From positions 1 through 64,000 of the forward strand of contig JBIKUX010000003.1 in the NCBI GenBank assembly GCA_044347345.1: a stretch of DNA of 64,000 nt, in the 5' to 3' direction. A program made the translations under genes and the position numbers. Below, in pieces: positions 1 to 8,231 of this stretch. The notes beneath the pieces are model-generated. The model was not told the DNA's origin, made no database searches, and worked only from the letters and a program-made list of their open reading frames with translations. Each line of letters starts with the position of its first letter. Position 1 is the first letter of the stretch. The DNA is from Bdellovibrionota bacterium. GTDB taxonomy: Bacteria; Bdellovibrionota_C; UBA2361; JBIKUX01.

Positions 1-1
1 C

Positions 2-400
2 AATTATAGAGTAAGCAACTACTTCAAGGAATTTGAGGAGGTTGAAAAGCTTTTACGACGAAATCCTAAGCTGCGATGGGCTGTTAATTATAAATGGTTT
101 TGCAAAAATATTTGCGGATTTACCGAGGATAAGAGGTTATTTCAGTTTAGGCGTATGCGAGGTTCATTGTCCGGTGTACTGGCTTCAGTATCTGACCTTA
201 CAGATAAACTAAACGTTTCAAAAAATATCATTAATAAACAAGATATAGGCTCGGTAAAGTTAAGAAAACTTGAGCTAGATTTAGTGCACGGCCTTCCTTT
301 ATTTGTTTACCACAAGAATAACATTGATAGTTTGCCAGGCCTTTTTAATTTAGTAACTCAAGTTAATGAGGAACGAGCTAATCTGATTAGTTCCTTATGA
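2..400 (+). CDS. Hypothetical protein, 3' part (runs off the left edge)
   Basis: The frame of ORF 155..400 is open back to position 2 (NYRVSNYFKEFEEVEKLLRR...); no recognisable motif. Confidence 0.6.
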   Translation, partial: NYRVSNYFKEFEEVEKLLRRNPKLRWAVNYKWFCKNICGFTEDKRLFQFRRMRGSLSGVLASVSDLTDKLNVSKNIINKQDIGSVKLRKLELDLVHGLPLFVYHKNNIDSLPGLFNLVTQVNEERANLISSL

Positions 401-471
401 TTAGTTTGCGAATATTGGACGGGTTATATTTAACTTATTATTAGGAAACACTTTGGTTTAGAAGATGTTTA

Positions 472-1626
472 CTACTCAGTAAATTCACGCAAAATCTTTA
501 AGGTTCTGCGTAATGGCTCGGCTGCTCCCCAGAGAAGTTGGTCTCCAACGGTAAATGCACTTACAAATTTAGTTCCGAGAGTAGCTGTGCGAAGGCGGCC
601 TAGGCCAATATTAAGTGTGCCACTAAACGCTACAGGAGTTAGATGGGTGAGAGAGGACTCTTTGGTATTTTCAACAATTTTAATCCATTGATGTGCTGAC
701 CCAAGTATTTGCGACAATTCATCTATGGGTACATCTTTAGTTAATTTTATTATTAGACCTTGACTGTGGCAACGAAGGGCTCCTATCCGTACGCACAAAC
801 CGTCAATAATTGTAGGATTTTTTGAACCCAAAATTTTTGTAGCTTCAGCTTGAGCTTTCCATTCTTCGCGAGATTGTCCGTTATCAAGTAGTTGGTCGAT
901 AAAGGGTAAAGCATTAAAAGCAAGAGGAGCACCTAAAGCATCAATCGGTAGCTCGCCTTTTTTAATCAATTCAACAATCGCGCGCTCATCATCGAGAGGA
1001 ATACCACTATTTGGTACATTAGAGGCGATACGGCGATGTTGTTCTATTACTTCAGATATGGCCTTAGCCCCTGCGCCAGAAGCAGCTTGGTAAGTCATCG
1101 AGGATACCCACTCGATCAGTCCGGCTCGGTAGCCCCCGATAAGTGCCATTAAAAGAAGACTGACAGTGCAATTTCCACCAATAAAATCCCTTATGCCACT
1201 GGTAATACCTTTTTTAATTTGTTCTCCATTTACCGGGTCTAAAACAATTATGCTACTAGGTTCCATTCGAAGCGATGAAGCGGCGTCAATCCAGTAGCCT
1301 TGCCATCCAGATGCGCGAAGTTTTGGATGCATAAGGTTAGTATACTGGCCACCTTGACAACTAATTATGACGTCGCAAACTTTTAAATCATCAACTGAGT
1401 AAGCATCTTTCAGTATTGATTCTTGACCAAGTATACTACTTGATACATCGGGAACTGATGTAGTTAAAGCTGATATAGTTGGAGCTTCTGCGCCCACAGA
1501 TGAAGTAGAGAAAAAAATAGGAGTTAAACCGTCAAAATCTTTTTCTGTTTTCATTCGCTCTAGTAGAACGGTGCCAACCATTCCGCGCCATCCTACTAGG
1601 CCAACTATTTTAATGGACTTCTTCAC
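472..1626 (-). CDS. asd: Aspartate-semialdehyde dehydrogenase
   Basis: VGLVGWRGMVG Rossmann motif, YWIDAASSLRM, catalytic GGNCTVS, TYQAASGAGA, GDQLLWGAAEPLRR. Confidence 0.97.
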   Translation of the reverse strand: MKKSIKIVGLVGWRGMVGTVLLERMKTEKDFDGLTPIFFSTSSVGAEAPTISALTTSVPDVSSSILGQESILKDAYSVDDLKVCDVIISCQGGQYTNLMHPKLRASGWQGYWIDAASSLRMEPSSIIVLDPVNGEQIKKGITSGIRDFIGGNCTVSLLLMALIGGYRAGLIEWVSSMTYQAASGAGAKAISEVIEQHRRIASNVPNSGIPLDDERAIVELIKKGELPIDALGAPLAFNALPFIDQLLDNGQSREEWKAQAEATKILGSKNPTIIDGLCVRIGALRCHSQGLIIKLTKDVPIDELSQILGSAHQWIKIVENTKESSLTHLTPVAFSGTLNIGLGRLRTATLGTKFVSAFTVGDQLLWGAAEPLRRTLKILREFTE

Positions 1627-1751
1627 TTCAATCCTTGTTAGTTATTAGGCACTTTGTTGTTTAATTAGCCGTTTTACGGTCATAGTACAAAAAATTTTTC
1701 AAAACCACGAACCGATGACGAAAATAGTCAGTAGGTGTAAGGTGACTCAGT

Positions 1752-3473
1752 ATGACGGAAGTAAACTATAATATTATTAATTTAAGTGAAAGTGAATCTT
1801 CACTACGTGAAGCTGTAGAAAGTCGCAGGACTTTTGCAATTATTAGTCACCCTGACGCTGGTAAGACTACACTTACAGAAAAGCTCCTTTTGTATTCTGG
1901 AATGGTGCGAACTGCCGGAATGGTGCGAGGCCGGAAAGGATCGAAGCACGCTAGCTCAGATTGGATGGCGATGGAACAGGAGAGAGGAATCTCTGTATCA
2001 GCTTCTGCTATGCAGTTTGTTTATAAGGGAGCAACGGTAAACGTTCTTGATACTCCAGGCCACCAAGATTTTAGTGAAGATACTTACCGAACGCTTACTG
2101 CGGCTGATAGTGCAATAATGGTTCTAGATGCTGCAAAAGGTGTAGAAGAGCAAACTAGAAAATTATTTACTGTTTGTCGGATGCAACGTATTCCCATTTT
2201 GACCTTCATCAACAAGATGGATCAGCCACCAAGAGATTTGCTCGAACTACTCCAAGAAATTGAAAATGTACTTGGTATTCAATCAAGTCCGATTAACTGG
2301 CCGATTGGTTCGGGTAAGCGATTAGTTGGGGTATACGACCGCACTAGGAATGTCATTCAAAAATTTAGGCGAAGCGAATCCGGCGGGAGTAAGCGAGCCG
2401 ATATAATTGAGCTATCCTTAGCTGAAGCTAGAGACGGAGAGCACTGTATAGAGCCAGATTTGTTAGACGAACTTCAAGAGTATTTAGAGTTGCTTGAAGG
2501 TGCTGGGACACAATTTTCGCGAGATGCTTTTCTTAAAGGACAGATAACACCAGTCTTCTTTGGTTCTGCTCTAACAAATTTTGGTGTTGAGCCTTTCTTT
2601 GATGCATTTGTTAATCTTGCTCCAGCGCCTAGAGCTTATCCTGCAGTTATTAATTCTAAGGACGGTAATGCTGCTAGAGAAATAGTTGTTGATCCGATTA
2701 AAGTACCATTCTCAGCTTATGTGTTTAAAATTCAAGCTAACATGAATCCCAGACACCGAGATAGTATGGCTTTTTTGCGCGTGTGTTCTGGCGAATTTAC
2801 TCGTGAGATGGTTGTGTACCATCATAGACTTGGTCGAGAGGTGCGTCTTTCTAGATCTTATGCCATGGTGGCGCGTGACAGGGATACTGTCGAATCGGCC
2901 TATCCAGGTGATATAGTAGGAGTCATCAATCCTGGTGTTTTTGCCATCGGGGACACTATCTCCGTGGGACAATCTTTTAATTATCTCCCTATGCCTCAAT
3001 TCCCGCCAGAGGTGGTCGCAGAACTTCGGCCGAAAGAAGTATTGCGCAGAAAAAGCTTTGAGAAAGGTTTAGCACAGCTTGCGACTGAAGGCGCCATTCA
3101 GCTGCTTCGTAGGTATTCAGACCCTTCTGGATCCCCATTAGTGGCCGCTGTAGGTAAACTACAGTTTGAAGTGCTACAGTATAGGCTTGATGACGAATAT
3201 AAGGTTGAGACAGAGCTTACTTTACTGCCTTACAAGCATGGTGTTTATATCGAGACTATTGGTAGTGAAGATTCTAAAAGTGGTAAACTATTCACAAATC
3301 AAGTATCGTCTACTGCTGGTCTTATTCTTAGTCAGGGCTCGATTATTGCCCTAGATTCTCGAGATCGCCTAATACTTTTGTATACCAGCGAATGGGAACA
3401 AAGGTTTATTGCTGAGAGAAATCCAAATGTTAGATTCCTGAATATACTTGGCTCGAATGAAATTTCCCGCTAA
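1752..3473 (+). CDS. prfC: Peptide chain release factor 3
   Basis: RRTFAIISHPDAGKTTLTEKLLL, SDWMAMEQERGISV, DTPGHQDFSEDTYRTL, FKIQANMNPRHRD. Confidence 0.97.
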   Translation: MTEVNYNIINLSESESSLREAVESRRTFAIISHPDAGKTTLTEKLLLYSGMVRTAGMVRGRKGSKHASSDWMAMEQERGISVSASAMQFVYKGATVNVLDTPGHQDFSEDTYRTLTAADSAIMVLDAAKGVEEQTRKLFTVCRMQRIPILTFINKMDQPPRDLLELLQEIENVLGIQSSPINWPIGSGKRLVGVYDRTRNVIQKFRRSESGGSKRADIIELSLAEARDGEHCIEPDLLDELQEYLELLEGAGTQFSRDAFLKGQITPVFFGSALTNFGVEPFFDAFVNLAPAPRAYPAVINSKDGNAAREIVVDPIKVPFSAYVFKIQANMNPRHRDSMAFLRVCSGEFTREMVVYHHRLGREVRLSRSYAMVARDRDTVESAYPGDIVGVINPGVFAIGDTISVGQSFNYLPMPQFPPEVVAELRPKEVLRRKSFEKGLAQLATEGAIQLLRRYSDPSGSPLVAAVGKLQFEVLQYRLDDEYKVETELTLLPYKHGVYIETIGSEDSKSGKLFTNQVSSTAGLILSQGSIIALDSRDRLILLYTSEWEQRFIAERNPNVRFLNILGSNEISR

Positions 3474-3724
3474 GAGGGTAGTTGCAATCAGATAAAGTAG
3501 CACAATGATTAGAGACAGCTTTACATGTAAAGTAGGCAAAGCTATTTTCGTTAAAGGTTTAATTTGCCCTTCTTGTACCGATATTAAACGAAGCGCCCCT
3601 TGTACTATAGATGAGTAAGACTTATTAATAAGACCTAGAGTTAGGCCTGCTCAGATTTGTTAGATTTGTGAGTAAACATCTAAGCGGCCTGTTGAAATTT
3701 TAATTTTTTAGGAGAACACGCGTC

Positions 3725-4663
3725 GTGGCAATGCTTCGTCGTTTTGGTTTTTTAATTCTTACTAATATTTTGGTCATGGGTACCATTATTTTGGTAATTA
3801 ACCTCCTGGGTGTTGGTAATTATGTTTCGCAGAGTGGGCTAGATTACGGTTCACTTGCCGTGTTTTGCTTGGTCTGGGGGATGGGGGGATCTTTCATTTC
3901 ACTACAGATGTCCCGTTTTATGGCAAAGAGGATGACCGGAGCTACGGTTATCGATCCAAACCAACCTGGCCAATATCAGTGGTTAGTGCAGATGATCCAT
4001 GATTTAAGTAGACGAGCGCGCCTACCTGCTATGCCAGAAGTAGCGGTTTACTCAAGTAACGACGTGAATGCTTTTGCTACTGGTCCGTCTAAGGCTCGCT
4101 CTTTAGTGGCAGTATCTACTGCTTTACTTCAGCAAATGGATAAGGCTGAAATTGAAGGTGTGATGGCTCATGAAGTTGCTCATATCCAAAATGGCGATAT
4201 GGTTTCGATGACTCTAATTCAGGGAGTTGTTAACGCGTTTTCACTGTTCTTATCCCGAGTTTTAAGTTTTGCCATAGCTTCAGCTATGAGTAGTCAGCGC
4301 GACAACGAGGAGCGAGGAGATTCCAGTCTCAATCATGGCCTTCATTGGATACTTACTACCGTGTTTGACATAGTTTTCACTATACTGGGCTCTATTGCCG
4401 TAAATTACTATTCCCGGCAGCGTGAATTTCGGGCAGACAATGGGAGTGCGAAACTGTCGGGAACACCCACTAAGATGATAGCCGCTTTGCAAGCCTTACA
4501 AAGGGTATACGAGCGCCCTTCGCCTGAGTTAGATGATGGACAGCCTGCTTTGGCTACTATGAAGATTAGCAGTCGTAATGGTGGGTCTTTAGTGAGTCTT
4601 TTATTTTCTACTCATCCTCCCTTAGAGTCTCGCATTAAGGCACTTCAACGCGGTATTAGCTAA
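3725..4663 (+). CDS. htpX: Membrane zinc metalloprotease HtpX (M48)
   Basis: NAFATG, HEVAH zinc motif, SRQREFRAD, FSTHPPLESRI, hydrophobic segments; GGAG Shine-Dalgarno before the GTG start. Confidence 0.95.
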   Translation: MAMLRRFGFLILTNILVMGTIILVINLLGVGNYVSQSGLDYGSLAVFCLVWGMGGSFISLQMSRFMAKRMTGATVIDPNQPGQYQWLVQMIHDLSRRARLPAMPEVAVYSSNDVNAFATGPSKARSLVAVSTALLQQMDKAEIEGVMAHEVAHIQNGDMVSMTLIQGVVNAFSLFLSRVLSFAIASAMSSQRDNEERGDSSLNHGLHWILTTVFDIVFTILGSIAVNYYSRQREFRADNGSAKLSGTPTKMIAALQALQRVYERPSPELDDGQPALATMKISSRNGGSLVSLLFSTHPPLESRIKALQRGIS

Positions 4664-4718
4664 TCAAGTTAGAAAGCCTAACTGAAGTGAGTATGAGTGC
4701 GACTATTAGAAAATAAAT

Positions 4719-5594
4719 CTAAATGGATTTTTCGAAGGTATTTGGTTTGTACCAACCAAATACCTTTAATGTACTAACGTTTAATATGAGAGTGTCTATC
4801 TCTCTCCTGTCATCGTGATCGGAGATAAAATCTACATAAAAACGGTATTCAAAAGGGTGGCCATGCAGAGGGCGAGACTCAATTTTTGTTAGATTAGCTT
4901 GGTGTTCTGCCAATACAGATAAGACTTGCGAAAGGGCGCCGGGTATATGATTTAGCGTGAAAGTAATTGAGCATTTAGTTCTACTATCGTCTTGTTTGAG
5001 AGGTTCGTTAGCTATAACTAAAAACCTTGTAAAGTTTTGCTCGTGATCTTCAATGTTTCGTGCCAGTACCTGAAGATTGTAAGCCTTGCTCGCCTCTTCA
5101 CTTGCGATAGCTCCGTAGTTTAGGTTGTCTTGTTCGGCTACAAACGCCGCCGCATGAGAGGTGCTAGCGGAAATCATTTGTAGGTAAGGACTTCGTTTTG
5201 AACCATCAGGTAGGCTGCCACCAAGAAATTTCAAGCATTGCTCAAGAGCTTTAGGATGAGAGTAAATAGTTGTAATACTGTTTAGAGAAGCTTTTGCAGG
5301 AGCAATTAGGCAGTGGTGTACCTGAAGTATTAGTTCTCCTATCACAGATAATGAGGCTTGTTCAAGAAGATCATAATTACTGTAAATTGAACCGGCTAAT
5401 GAATTTTCAATAGGGAGAAGACCTAAAGCTACGCTCTCTGTTTTAACCAATTTTATAATATCTTCGAAGCTTTTTGTGCCAATTAGTTCGGGTGAGGAGC
5501 TGGTAAAACAAGAGAGCTCTTTATTAATAAATATATTAGCAGCTTGGTAGCTAAATGAATGTGGTACTCCTTGGTATGCGATTCGATAACTCAT
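4719..5594 (-). CDS. pheA: Prephenate dehydratase (PDT + ACT domains)
   Basis: IAYQG, LPIENSLAGS, SHPKALEQC, NFTRF, LTKIESRP. Confidence 0.92.
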   Translation of the reverse strand: MSYRIAYQGVPHSFSYQAANIFINKELSCFTSSSPELIGTKSFEDIIKLVKTESVALGLLPIENSLAGSIYSNYDLLEQASLSVIGELILQVHHCLIAPAKASLNSITTIYSHPKALEQCLKFLGGSLPDGSKRSPYLQMISASTSHAAAFVAEQDNLNYGAIASEEASKAYNLQVLARNIEDHEQNFTRFLVIANEPLKQDDSRTKCSITFTLNHIPGALSQVLSVLAEHQANLTKIESRPLHGHPFEYRFYVDFISDHDDRREIDTLILNVSTLKVFGWYKPNTFEKSI

Positions 5595-5659
5595 AACCTT
5601 TATTTTTAAAATGAGGAAGGTGTAATTTTTTAAAGGTGTGTCTCTTAATAACTAATCTT

Positions 5660-7135
5660 TTAAGATCCAGAAAAGAGTGAGTCTACCGGAAAGGTGCATG
5701 CATATTCGTGAGTATCAAGCCAATTTTTTACTAATTCTTGCTGAGTAGATTGGAGTATTAATTGGTGTTTAACTTGTGCTGGACTCGTTCCTCCTTCACT
5801 TTCTCGACGAGCAACAACTTTATCTAGATTAAGCACATTGAAAATTTCATCACAGAAGAGGGGCGAATGATTAGTAAATTCGGTTAAAGAAAGTTCACTG
5901 AGAAATTTCTTCTTTTCAATCGCATACCTTACTAAGGTTCCCACAATTCCGTAAGCCTCACGAAATGGCATCCCCTTTCTTACAAGATAATCAGCTACAT
6001 CCGTGGCATTTGAAAAATCAGACTCTGCTGCTGCTCGCATTCTTTCTGCATTCACTTTCATTTGCTTAATCATAGGAGCAAAAAGAGCTAGGCAGGTAGT
6101 TATGGTTTTGTAAGCATCAAAAAAACCTTCCTTATCCTCCTGCATGTCCTTATTGTAGGTAAGTGGGAGTCCTTTAAGTACAGTTAGTATCCCCACAAGA
6201 GCACCGGCTACACGACCAGTTTTACCTCGAACTAGTTCTGCTACATCAGGATTTTTCTTTTGAGGCATCATACTGCTGCCAGTGCAAAATGTATCTGAAA
6301 GCTCAACAAAATTAAATTCACTTGAGCACCAGAGAATAATCTCTTCGCTGAGTCGCGATAGATTAATCATGGTCAAATTAGCGGCAAAAATATACTCAGC
6401 AATAAAATCTCTATCACTGACAGCATCCATACTGTTCACATATATTTCATCAAATAAGAGCAGCTTTGCTACATATCTCCTATCGAGCAAAAATGTACTA
6501 CCTGCTATCGCGCCAGCTCCAAGAGGAAGGCGATTTGCTCTACTAAATATAGATTGATACCGCTCTATATCACGCGAAAATTTTGCCACGTAACATAAAA
6601 GATGATGACCAAAGGTGACCGGTTGAGCTCGCTGAAGATGGGTATATCCAGGCATTACGCTTGTTGTATGAGCTTCTGCAACATAGCTTAAGGCGTCTAT
6701 TAAGTTATGTATCAGTTTTATAGTTTCTACTACCGAGCGTCGACAAAAAAGATGCATATCGAGTGCTACTTGATCGTTTCTGCTTCTACCGGTGTGCAAT
6801 TTTCCTGCGACTGGCCCGATTCTAGAACGGAGAGTTACCTCTACTAAAGTGTGAATATCCTCATGTTCGAGCTGCCATGAGACTCCCTCAGCTATCCACT
6901 CTCGATATAGAGCATTTAGTCCACCGAGAAGCTCCAAAAGTTCAGATTCAGAAAGTACGCCAATTTTGTGTAACATCTTTGCATGAGCTGCACTTCCAAT
7001 TAAGTCATCTTGAAAAAGATTATGATCGAATGGAATTGAAGCATTAAAGGCTTCAACAGCACGTTTAATGTGCTCCTCTTGTTCCTTGTCACTACCATCG
7101 CTAGAGGAATTAAATCGAGCTGACCATAATTTCAT
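5660..7135 (-). CDS. argH: Argininosuccinate lyase
   Basis: HTGRSRNDQVA, MPGYTHLQRAQP, GSSMMPQKKNPD, YNKDMQEDKE; start placed at ATG 7135 (MKLW) behind GGAG. Confidence 0.96.
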   Translation of the reverse strand: MKLWSARFNSSSDGSDKEQEEHIKRAVEAFNASIPFDHNLFQDDLIGSAAHAKMLHKIGVLSESELLELLGGLNALYREWIAEGVSWQLEHEDIHTLVEVTLRSRIGPVAGKLHTGRSRNDQVALDMHLFCRRSVVETIKLIHNLIDALSYVAEAHTTSVMPGYTHLQRAQPVTFGHHLLCYVAKFSRDIERYQSIFSRANRLPLGAGAIAGSTFLLDRRYVAKLLLFDEIYVNSMDAVSDRDFIAEYIFAANLTMINLSRLSEEIILWCSSEFNFVELSDTFCTGSSMMPQKKNPDVAELVRGKTGRVAGALVGILTVLKGLPLTYNKDMQEDKEGFFDAYKTITTCLALFAPMIKQMKVNAERMRAAAESDFSNATDVADYLVRKGMPFREAYGIVGTLVRYAIEKKKFLSELSLTEFTNHSPLFCDEIFNVLNLDKVVARRESEGGTSPAQVKHQLILQSTQQELVKNWLDTHEYACTFPVDSLFSGS

Positions 7136-7185
7136 ATGTATTTTATCTCCGATATAAACTTGTCTCACCAAGATACATAGTCAAT

Positions 7186-8229
7186 TTATTCACTTAATCC
7201 TGTTAGAAGGGGAGATGATTCAAATATTTGTTTAATTTCATCATCTGAAGAGCAGATACGAGCTAGGGGAGGTTTTTGATCAGAAAAACGCTCTAAACAA
7301 TTAAAAGCTGGATGCCACAGAAAGTAGGCTAAACATTTTTTACCCGAAGCTATGAAGGATAAGGTCTCTTTTTCTGGCCATTCATCCTTAGATTGTATAA
7401 AGGCTGGTTCACCATCCATTGAAGCAAGACACTTATAATTATCATTTTCTTTTGAGCTTAATCTTTCAGCGGCATACTTGTTGTGAAATTCAAGGAAAAA
7501 ATTTTTCATTGATAACTGATCGTGGCTATAGTGGGAAGGCTTTTCAGGATTATCTACTACATCACATTCTAAAAACTGCTTTGATATTGACTCGTAAATA
7601 AAGCTTGTTGTTTTCTCGTCTCCAGGATGTTCAAGTAAGGGAGAAATAGCACACTTCAGGTTGGCTTGAGGATACTCTTTTATAAGATTGTTTAATACCT
7701 GTGATACTTGGAATAGTTGTGAAGAGATAAGTTGCTTGAGTTTTTGGTCGTTAGTTTTCATTGCTACTAGTAAGCTCTTAGCCGAGTATTGATGCAGTAA
7801 CTCGTTAGAGGAGCAATTACCACGACGCACACAAACCGAATTTGCAATATGTATTCTAAGTAGTGTAGGTGCATTGCGTTCACTTAGTATCTTTTTTAGG
7901 CACAAAATATTATCACCAAAAGTCCCCCATAGTATACCAAGAGCTAGAGGAGTGTTTTTTAATTTGGTAAGTGCTTGTAAAGTTCCATGACAAGGCCACC
8001 TCGGATGTAGAAGTGCCAGTATGTCATATCCACCTATCGGGAAGTAATCGGAGTGTGACCGGTTTGATGCTACAACTGGTACTAAAGTTGATGCTACAGT
8101 TGTCGCTCCAGTTGAACCAGAGCTTAAACTGATTTTTAGGCTAAAATCTTTAAAAAAACCAGTTTTAAGGAACAATACCGCTAACGTTACGAGCTTAACA
8201 AGCAAAAAGGCATAAGCACCGTAGGGCAT
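7186..8229 (-). CDS. Hypothetical Cys-rich, probably exported or membrane-anchored protein
   Basis: 347-aa ORF tightly packed between valS and argH, hydrophobic N-terminus; shares motifs with ORF 30976..31584. Confidence 0.75.
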   Translation of the reverse strand: MPYGAYAFLLVKLVTLAVLFLKTGFFKDFSLKISLSSGSTGATTVASTLVPVVASNRSHSDYFPIGGYDILALLHPRWPCHGTLQALTKLKNTPLALGILWGTFGDNILCLKKILSERNAPTLLRIHIANSVCVRRGNCSSNELLHQYSAKSLLVAMKTNDQKLKQLISSQLFQVSQVLNNLIKEYPQANLKCAISPLLEHPGDEKTTSFIYESISKQFLECDVVDNPEKPSHYSHDQLSMKNFFLEFHNKYAAERLSSKENDNYKCLASMDGEPAFIQSKDEWPEKETLSFIASGKKCLAYFLWHPAFNCLERFSDQKPPLARICSSDDEIKQIFESSPLLTGLSE

Positions 8230-8231
8230 AA

